Assembly (NCBI GenBank): GCA_002269645.1
Contig: NIVC01000519.1
Span: 1-50,911, forward strand
Source: Macrostomum lignano
Lineage: Eukaryota
DNA: 50,911 nt
Direction: 5' to 3'
Shown here: positions 43,571 through 50,911 of the stretch, in pieces
Layout of the letters: every line of letters starts with the position of its first letter
Numbering within the stretch: the stretch's first letter is position 1
Notes under the pieces: generated by a model
The model's database searches: none
What the model saw: the letters and a program-made list of their open reading frames with translations, nothing else
What the model was told of the DNA's origin: nothing
Position numbers and translations under genes: made by a program

Positions 43571-46500
43571 TAGAGAGGAAACGGAGAAAGAGAAGTAGAT
43601 GGGAAACGGATAGAGAGGAGTAGAGGTGAAATGGAGAGAGAGAGAGAGAAGTAGAGGGAGACGGAGAGAGAGAGAGAGAAGTAGAGAGAGGTAAGGAAAT
43701 GTGTAAAGAAAACATAGGGGCGAGAGCTTTCATCTGCCCCAATACCCTGATGAAGAGAGAGAAGTAAAGGAAATTGAAGAAAGAAACACCATCCCCAATT
43801 TCAGTTCATTGTCAGCAGAGTTCTTCTGTAGGTCCAACAGTACTGTAGCCCAGATTATCTATAGCTAGCATAGAAAAATACATCATAGAAAAAGTCAATT
43901 CTAGAGCAATAAAATTGTCGGCAATTATTGGCTGAGCAGGCGGCAGGGGGAGGGGGCTGAAAGTTAACCACCCAGGCGACACGAGAGCTGCATTTTCTGT
44001 CCGTTTCGTACGGGTATTTGAGTTGAGCAGGCGAGGGAGAATGCTCCAGATTTACTACTCAAGTCTTCTTCTGTTTCGCTCCACTTGCTCTCTCCTCTGT
44101 CCCTCTCCTCTCCTGAACTCCCCAAACCGACCAAAAAAATTCGACCAAAGGCCTTCAACTAAAAAAGCCTCCCTGAGCCTATTCTCTACAGCGGAAGAAA
44201 CACTGGCAGAGGAGGACAGCACACAAGCGAGCCCTAAAATTAAAAGGAAGGAACGCCTTTCTGCTTCCAATTAATGTGGAGTTTAAATGCACTGGCAAAC
44301 TTTGGGGTAAGAAAAGGCGCTGGGAGGAGAAGCTGGCGGTCAAGTGAAACGAGAGAAATCTGAGGGGAAAGTGGCTTAAAGAAATAGGAGAAATTCAATT
44401 TGCTGAGCTGGAGACTCGGGCTAGTGTGGGATTGAGGGGAGAGAGAGGAGGCAGGTTGGGGAGGGGAGCGGCTAGATGGGGTGGAGAGACTGTGAGAGGG
44501 GCCAGAGGGGTGAAGAGACTGCGGGAGGGGCCAGAGGGGGTGAAGAGACTGCGGGAGGGGCCAGAGGGGGTGAAGAGACTGTGAGAGGGGCCAGAGGGGG
44601 TGAAGAGACTGTGAGAGGGGCCAGAGGGGGTGAAGAGACTGCGGGAGGGGCCAGAGGGGGTGAAGAGACTGTGAAAGGGGCCAGAGGGGGTGAAGAGACT
44701 GTGAAAGGGGCCAGAGGGGGTGAAGAGACTGCGGAGAGGGGCCAGAGGGGGTGAAGAGACTGCGGAGAGGGGCCAGAGGGGGTGAAGAGACTGCGGGAGG
44801 GGCCACAGGGGGTGAAGAGATTGTGAGAGGGGCCAGAGGGGGTGAAGAGACTGCGGGAGGGGTCAGAGGGGGTGAAGAGTCTGTGAGAGGGGTCAGAGGG
44901 GGTGAAGAGTCTGTGAGAGGGGTCAGAGGGGGTGAAGAGTCTGTGAGAGGGGTCAGAGGGGGTGAAGAGTCTGTGAGAGGGGTCAGAGGGGGTGAAGAGT
45001 CTGTGAGAGGGGCCAGAGGGGGTGAAGAGTCTGTGAGAGGGGTCAGAGGGGGTGAAGAGTCTGTGAGAGGGGCCAGAGGGGGTGAAGAGTCTGTGAGAGG
45101 GGCCAGAGGGGGTGAAGAGTCTGTGAGAGGGGTCAGAGGGGGTGAAGAGTCTGTGAGAGGGGCCAGAGGGGGTGAAGAGACTGCGGGAGGGGCCACAGGG
45201 GGTGAAGAAACTGCGGGAGGGGCCAGAGGGGGTGAAGAGACTGTGGGAGGGGCCAGAGAGGATCCCAGCAATCAATTTCTTCGCCATTGCATACCCATTG
45301 AAATGAACAGGAACCCTGCGGAGTTTAAATCTCTATAAAAGCCGACTGCAGTTGGCTCTGTTTAATCCTCACTGGGTCGCTAGAGAATCTCCAGGGCGAA
45401 ATTCATGCTCGCTTCCTCTCCCCAAGCTCCCAGCCTGTTGATCCCGTTCCCCCTAACCCCCTTCATCCAGGCGCCGTCGGCGATAATCACTTTTAATTCT
45501 CATTTCCCAGAAAGTCAGAAGTTGGATTGCTAGCAGTCGATAGCTTTCTCTCTCCCAGCGGGCTTGGGTTCCCTATTTTGGCGATTTTTTAAAATTCCAG
45601 CCTTCATCTCTCTATCTTTGATTCATTTCTGGCCATTCCGTCGCAGCCGAATCCCATGGCAATTAATTATTCGATATCCGACACGCAGGAAAATTCCCCA
45701 GAAGAAAATGTCGGAATAAGCGAAGCATTACCAGCGGAAGGCTGTATGGAAATTATAAATCGAATAAATTGAAAAAATGTTATTTATTGAATCGAATCAA
45801 TCATGGTTTTTAAAAGATGGCAGATGGACCTGTCAGTCTGAGAAGCCAAATATTTATGATGCAGCAGAATGGAAGCGGGTGCGCGTCGCTCGTAAAATAT
45901 TAGCGCAAAATTTTCACTGGCAGATGGAAACAGCCAAAGTTACTGTAGTCGGACTGTACTTTTCAACGATGTAAAGTCTCGAGCTTGAGAAGTTTTGAGC
46001 TTGAGAACTTTTGAGCTTGAGAAGTTTAGAGCTTGAGGAGATTTGAGCTTGATAAGATTTGAGCTTGTGAAGTTTCGAACTTGAGAACTTTCGAGCTTGA
46101 GAACTTTCGAGCTTGAGAAGTTTCGAGCTTGAGAAGATTTGAGCTTGAGAAGATTTGAGCTTGAGAAGTTTCGAGCTTGTGAAGTTTCGAGCTTGTGAAA
46201 GCAACTGAACCTATCGACTTGTTCACAAAGTACGTTGTACTTTGGCATTTCATTAAGTTTTTTAAAAAACTACGAGCGTAAGTTAAAATTATTAAAAACG
46301 GAGGCGAATCTATAGAACTTTTCTGGAGGTCAACCCACCCCTTTTTTGACCCCCCTAGCCTGTCAAACTTATTTTGGCTAATTTTGATTTTTTCAGTTTC
46401 TCCAGGGTCATGACACTGCTAAGCTTCTTGGCAAGGGTGTCAGCTGACCATCTTGAACCCAAAAAGTGTTTTAAAGTATTTATTTAAGGACAATGCAACA

Positions 46501-47558
46501 GAGCGCGCCCCCTGCATACACGCGCGCTTACTCCCGCGCACCGTACGCGCCACCCGCAGGCTTTGTCTGGCAGGAGATCAAGCAGCTGTGGAACGAGGGC
46601 GCCAAGGCTTATGTTACCGACATGTGGAACCTGCTGGACTTCGCCACCAATGCGCTCTACATTGCCACCATCACGCTGAGGGGAGTCGCCTGGTACCGGG
46701 TCTGTCGTGCCGCCGACTGCTTCTGTTTTGTAGAGTGCTGCCACTGCTGTGCAATCACTGCGTGCACCAGCCTGACTGATTGCTCTCTCCCCTTTCTCTT
46801 CTTGTCGGAGAGACACCCTATCCCTCTCACCCTCTCCCTCTCACCCTCTCCCTCTCACCCTCTCCCTCTCACCCTCTCCCTCTCACCCTCTCCCTCTCAC
46901 CCTCTCCCTCTCACCCTCTCCCTCTCACCCTCTCCCTCTCACCCTCTCCCTCTCACCCTCTCCCTCTCACCCTCTCCCTCTCAGCCTCTTCCTCTCACCC
47001 GATCCCTATCTTCCCCTTCCCCTCTTCTTTCACTCTCTACTTCTCACTCTCTCTCTTTCTCAATCTGCATTTTTTCCACACACTCCCTATTCTATTGTTT
47101 CTCTCTCTCCGAGCCTGTCTCAAAGCCCCAGCTAACCGTTGGTATCTCATTCAAAGCCATCCCTATTAAAACGGCCGTTGGCAGGTGCGGCAGGACGGCA
47201 ACTTGGCTAATATTCACCGACAGTACTGGGACGCGTACGACCCCACCCTGATCTCTGAGTGCCTGTTCGCCACGGCCAACATATTCTCCATGCTCAAATT
47301 GGTGTACATCTTCACGGTGAACCCGCACCTGGGCCCGCTGCAGATCTCATTAGGCCGGATGCTGTCGGACATACTCAAATTTCTATTTGTAGTTGTGCTA
47401 GTGCTCAGCAGCTTCGCTTGCGGCTTCAACCAGCTCTATTGGTTCTATGCGTACGAGAGGAACAAGTATTGCAAAGATGTGAAACTGGGCTTCGGCATCA
47501 CCGGCTCCGATCTGGAGAAGTATCAGTACTGCGTCACGAGAGGCCGCACCTTCTCAAA
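29594..47558 (+). CDS. TRPC: TRPC-family (TRP-gamma-like) cation channel, 3' partial; exons 29594-30124, 37819-38358, 41492-41726, 42302-42424, 46560-46699, 47185-47558
   Basis: Phase-consistent GT-AG introns (0, 0, 1, 1, 0). Ankyrin repeats, [93 protein letters not shown]. The pore helix and TRP box lie beyond the window. Confidence 0.95.
30770..31876. repeat. Compound microsatellite (GTTA)n grading into (GTCA)n
   Basis: Direct observation. Confidence 0.98.
32600..34383. repeat. 34-bp minisatellite GGCTAATAGCAAGGCTAATGATGCTACAGAGTGA, about 50 units
   Basis: Direct tandem repeats with recurring variant units. Confidence 0.97.
34655..35340. repeat. 28-bp minisatellite made of two related 14-mers (AGTCCCTGTTCCCG + AGTCCCTGTCTATT)
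   Basis: Direct tandem repeats. Confidence 0.97.
35985..37725. repeat. 12-mer-based repeat GGTAGACAGGCA with variant units
   Basis: Direct tandem repeats. They explain spurious ORFs of up to 665 aa. Confidence 0.97.
37819..38358 (+). CDS. TRPC: TRPC exon: ankyrin 4, zinc-binding TRP_2 motif and helical linker
   Basis: Acceptor ctgcag|, donor aag|gtgagg. Confidence 0.95.
39295..40125. repeat. 17/18-mer repeat GATTGGATTGACAGTTT
   Basis: Direct tandem repeats. Confidence 0.95.
41140..41460. repeat. 23-mer repeat GAGTGTCAGGTGGGTGCCAACTT
   Basis: Direct tandem repeats just upstream of a TRPC exon. Confidence 0.92.
41492..41726 (+). CDS. TRPC: TRPC exon: pre-S1 region and S1
   Basis: Acceptor cctcag|, donor g|gtgagg; [25 protein letters not shown]. 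Confidence 0.95.
41937..42258 (+). mobile_element. tRNA-derived SINE with CORE/V-like central domain and (TTAT)n tail
   Basis: A-box-like CAACCTAGTGG, B-box GGTTCGATTCT, central TGTGTCCTTGAGCAAGACACTTAAC...CAGCTGTAAAGTGGG, and an AT-rich microsatellite tail. Confidence 0.75.
42302..42424 (+). CDS. TRPC: TRPC exon: end of S1 to S2
   Basis: Acceptor attag|, donor g|gtgagt; [18 protein letters not shown]; phase 1/1. Confidence 0.9.
43025..43700. repeat. GA-rich low-complexity tract with (GA)n and an internal duplication
   Basis: GGTGAGGTGGAAGGAGAGAAGTAGAGG recurs near 43143 and 43410. Confidence 0.9.
44480..45260. repeat. 30-bp minisatellite GAGACTGTGAGAGGGGCCAGAGGGGGTGAA
   Basis: Direct tandem repeats. 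Confidence 0.95.
45978..46200. repeat. 16-mer repeat TTCGAGCTTGAGAAGT
   Basis: Direct tandem repeats. Confidence 0.92.
46560..46699 (+). CDS. TRPC: TRPC exon: S2-S3
   Basis: Acceptor ccgcag|; [14 protein letters not shown]...[12 protein letters not shown]; donor cgg|gtctgt is weak but gives the phase 0 needed. Confidence 0.92.
46820..46985. repeat. 14-mer CTCTCACCCTCTCC repeat
   Basis: Direct tandem repeats. Confidence 0.92.
47185..47558 (+). CDS. TRPC: TRPC exon: S4, S4-S5 linker, S5 and extracellular pore loop
   Basis: [51 protein letters not shown]; donor aa|gtgagc. Confidence 0.95.
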
Positions 47559-47904
47559 GTGAGCCTTTGGGGGGAGTGAGATGCAGGTGGAGTGGTGTTA
47601 TGTCTTGTGATCCTGTGCTTTATATTTGATTGCTATGTCGCGTAATCTTTCACTCTTTATACTTGCGTCGCAATACAAGTAGCTTCGTGCGGACGAGTTG
47701 CTTAGAGAGGAGACACGCTCTGGGGAAGGCAATAACAAGGGTTCTAAGGTTGTAGCCATAGACATAAATGAATGGGGAAATAACAGGGAAACGCTAATCG
47801 GCAAAGTACAAGCATGAGCTATAACTGTTAAGTGCAATTACAATTTATTTAATTTACAATGCACTTCAAGTGGAAGGTTTCATTTTTAGAGGAAGATGGA
47901 AAAG

Positions 47905-48497
47905 GAGAGAGGGGGGAGAGGGGGGAGAGGGAGAGGGAGAGAGAGGGGGAGAGAGGGAGAGGGAGAGGGAGAGGGAGAGGGAGAGGGAGAGGGAGAGGGA
48001 GAGGGAGATTGAGAGTGAAAGCGAGAGGGAGAGGTAAACAGAGAGGTAGAAGGAGAGGGAGAGGGAGAGGGGGAAGGAGGGAGAGGGAGAGGGAGAGGGA
48101 GATGTAGAGGGAGAGGGAGATGGAGAGGGAGAGGGAGAGGGAGAGGGAGAGGGAGATGGAGAGGGAGAGGGAGAGGGAGAGGGAGATGGAGAGGGAGAGG
48201 GAGATGGAGAGGGAGATGGAGAGGGAGATGGAGAGGAAGAGGAGAGGGAGAGGGAGAGGGAGAGGGAGATGGAGAGGGAGAGGGAGAGGGAGATGTAGAG
48301 GGAGAGGGAGAGGGAGAGGGAGAGGGAGAGGGAGATGGAGAGGGAGAGGGAGAGGGAGAGGGAGAGGGAGAGGGAGAGGGAGAGGGAGAGGGAGAGGGAG
48401 ATGGAGATGGAGAGGGAGATGGAGAGGGAGATGTAGAGGGAGATGGAGAGGGAGATGTAGAGGGAGATGGAGAGGGAGAGGGAGAGGGAGAGGGAGA
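47905..48497. repeat. (GAGAGG)n / (GAGATG)n hexamer repeat
   Basis: Direct observation. Confidence 0.95.
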
Positions 48498-49130
48498 TGA
48501 ATAAGAGTGCGAACATCAGACGCAACCACCAAACAAATTTCCCTCCAATTGGTAAAGAGAACATCAGATTATTAACACTATTGGCAGTCACCGTTGTTTC
48601 CAAGCGGTTTCCAAGTCTCAAACTCTTCCCTGGGGCACTTCCGATATGTATTGCAAATCACTTTCTATATTAGGAATCGAAAAAGGAGGGATAATTTCCC
48701 AAATTCTTGCATTTCGGCTATTGATGATGCTCTCATAAATGTCGTGACAGATTAGCACTTTTCCCGTCCAGCTGGGCGGCTGTTTAGCGGAAGAGAATTT
48801 GTTGAAAATCTGCTGCTAGCAGAGGAGAAAGAAGGAGATTCTGCAGGCTGCGGCAGTGAACTTTTTGTCCATCAACACCCCCGGTTCTTGCGCTGCGTGT
48901 GTTCCGCGTGGTTGCAGTGGGGGCCTGCGGCTGCCTCTGTGGCCACTGCAAACAACCAACGGCAGGGAAACTTCTGTATGCATTGAAGCTGTGACAAATT
49001 CTAAGTTTACCGGCGAGCCCGCAGGCCATGGAGGCCAAGAAACACTTTTCCCTAAATTAATCCCCATTTTCCGATAGTTTCAGGTTTGACCGCAGTTCTT
49101 TAATGTACCGACAAACGGTTGTTGTTTAAA

Positions 49131-50911
49131 TTTTGTGTCGAGAGTCTAGCACAGGGATGGGAAACTCAAATGCCAAATGCTAATCTAGCTCATGGCTGCG
49201 TGACAGTGGGAGGAGGAGAGAGGAGGAGAGAGGAGGAGAGAGGAGAGGAGAGAGGAGAGGAGAGGAGAGGAGAGGAGAGGAGAGGAGAGGAGAAGAGAGG
49301 AGAGGAGAGAGGAGAGGAGAGAGGAGAGGAGAGAGGAGAGGAGAGGAGAGGAGAGGAGAGGAGAGGAGAGGAGAGGAGAGGAGAGGAGAGGAGAGGAGAG
49401 GAGAGGAGAAGGGAGGAGAGGAGAGGAGAGGAGAAGAGAGGAGAGGAGGAGAGAGAGAGGAGAAGAGAGGAGAGGAGAAGAGAGGAGAGGAGAGGAGAGG
49501 AGGGGAGAAGAGGAGAGGAGAGGAGGGGAGAAGAGGAGAGGAGAGGAGAGAGGAGAGGAGAGAGTTTTGTGTCGAGAGTCTAGCACAGGGATGGGAAACT
49601 CAAATGCCAAATGCTAATCTAGCTCATGGCTGCGTGACAGTGGGAGGAGGAGAGAGGAGGAGAGAGGAGGAGAGAGGAGAGGAGAGAGGAGAGGAGAGGA
49701 GAGGAGAGGAGAGGAGAGGAAGAGAGGAGAGGAGAGGAGAGGAGAGGAGAGGAGAGAGGAGAGAGGAGAGGAGAGAGGAGAGGAGAGAGGAGAGGAGAGG
49801 AGAGGAGAGGAGAGGAGAGGAGAGGAAGAGAGAGGAGAGGAGAGGAGAAGGGAGGAGAGGAGAGGAGAGGAGAAGAGAGGAGAGAGGAGGAGAGAGGAGA
49901 GGAGAGGAGAGGAGAGGAGAGGAGAAGCGAGGAGAGGAGAGGAGAGGAGAGGAGAGGAGAGGAGGGGAGAAGAGGAGAGGAGAGGAGAGGAGAAGAGGAG
50001 AGGAGAGGAGAGGAGAGGAGAGGAGAGGAGAAAGGAGGAGAGGAGAAGAGATGAGAGGAGAGAAGAGGAGAGGAGAGGAGAGGAGAAGAGGAGAGGAGAG
50101 GAGGGGAGAAGAGGAGAGGAGAGGAGGAGAGAGGAGAGGAGAGGATAGGAGAGGAGAGGAGAGGAGAGGAGGGAGAGGAGAAAAGAGGAGAGGAGAGGAG
50201 AGGAGAGGAGAGGAGAGGAAAGGAGGGAGAAGAGGAGAGGAGAGGAGGGGAGAAAAGGAGAGGAGAGGAGGAGAGAGGAGAGGAGAGGATAGGAGAGGAG
50301 AGGAGAAGAGAGAGAGGAGAGAGAGGAGAGGAGAGGAGAGGAGAGGAGAAGGGAGGAGAGGAGAAGAGAGGAGGAGAGAGGAGAGGAGAGGAGAGGAGAG
50401 GAGAGGAGGGGAGAAGAGGAGAGGAGAGGAGGAAGGGAGAAGAGGAGAGGAGAGGAGGAGAGAGGAGAGGAGAGGAGAGGAGAGGAGAAGGAGGAGAGGA
50501 GAAGAGAGGAGAGGAGAGGAGAGGAGAGGAGAGGAGAGGAGAGGAGAGGAGAGGAGAGGAAAGGAGGGGAGAAGAGGAGAGGAGAGGAGGGAGAGGAGAG
50601 AGAGAGGAGAGGAGAGGAGAGGAGAGGAGAGAAGGAGGATAGGGAGGAGAGGAGAGGAAGAGAGGAAGAGAGGAAGGAGGAGAGAGGAGGAGAGGGAGAG
50701 GAGAGGAGAGGAGAAGGGAGGAGAGGAGAAGAGAGGAGAGGAGAGGAGAGGAGAGGAGAGGAGAGGAGAGGAGGGGAGAAGAGGAGAGGAGAGGAGGAGA
50801 GACAGGAGGAGGAGAGGAGAGGAGAGGAGAGGAGAGGAGGAGAAGGGAGGAGAGGAGAAGAAGAGGAGAGGAGAAGAAGAGGAGAGGAGAGTAGAGGAGA
50901 AGAGGAGAGGA
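49131..50911. repeat. (GAGAG)n purine tract with a 434-bp tandem duplication
   Basis: The unique segment TTTTGTGTCGAGAGTCTAGCACAGGG...GTGACAGTGGG occurs at 49131 and again at 49565, each followed by GAGAG repeats. Confidence 0.95.

Noticed and set aside
46323-46360. Hairpin followed by CTAG (Helitron-like 3' end); also hairpins at 10739-10804 and 46226-46244
   Set aside because: Spacing and the following base do not fit the Helitron pattern, and no matching 5' end was found.
46700-47251. Stop-free read-through of TRPC intron 5 after a weak GTCTGT donor
   Set aside because: The open frame is largely explained by a stop-free pyrimidine repeat, and retention would frameshift before S4. There is no evidence without RNA data.

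Overview
Eukaryotic (metazoan-type) genomic window, very rich in tandem repeats. The GC3-rich exons and repeat-filled introns are reminiscent of the flatworm Macrostomum, but the species cannot be shown from sequence alone. Two spliced genes could be reconstructed with phase-consistent GT-AG introns. The first is a complete five-exon CEP76 on the minus strand (21670 to 16397, 676 aa). The second is a divergently oriented TRPC/TRP-gamma-like channel on the plus strand, with six exons from 29594; it continues beyond the window. The left 17 kb is a tandem segmental duplication. Each unit holds a LINE 3' remnant, an intronless gene for a 95-aa secreted six-cysteine peptide, an 18-mer/10-mer satellite, and the terminal exon plus 3'UTR of CEP76. 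An orphan 219-aa ORF lies between the units. The left unit also carries a 5'-truncated, degraded Ty3/Gypsy element whose surviving LTR is interrupted by a fold-back Tc1/mariner derivative. Best leads: the duplicated and diverging secreted peptide genes, the duplicated CEP76 last exon, a minisatellite of X-box (RFX)-like motifs in CEP76 intron 2, and the orphan ORF. All protein identifications come from motif recognition, not database searches. Divergence figures are tallies by eye.
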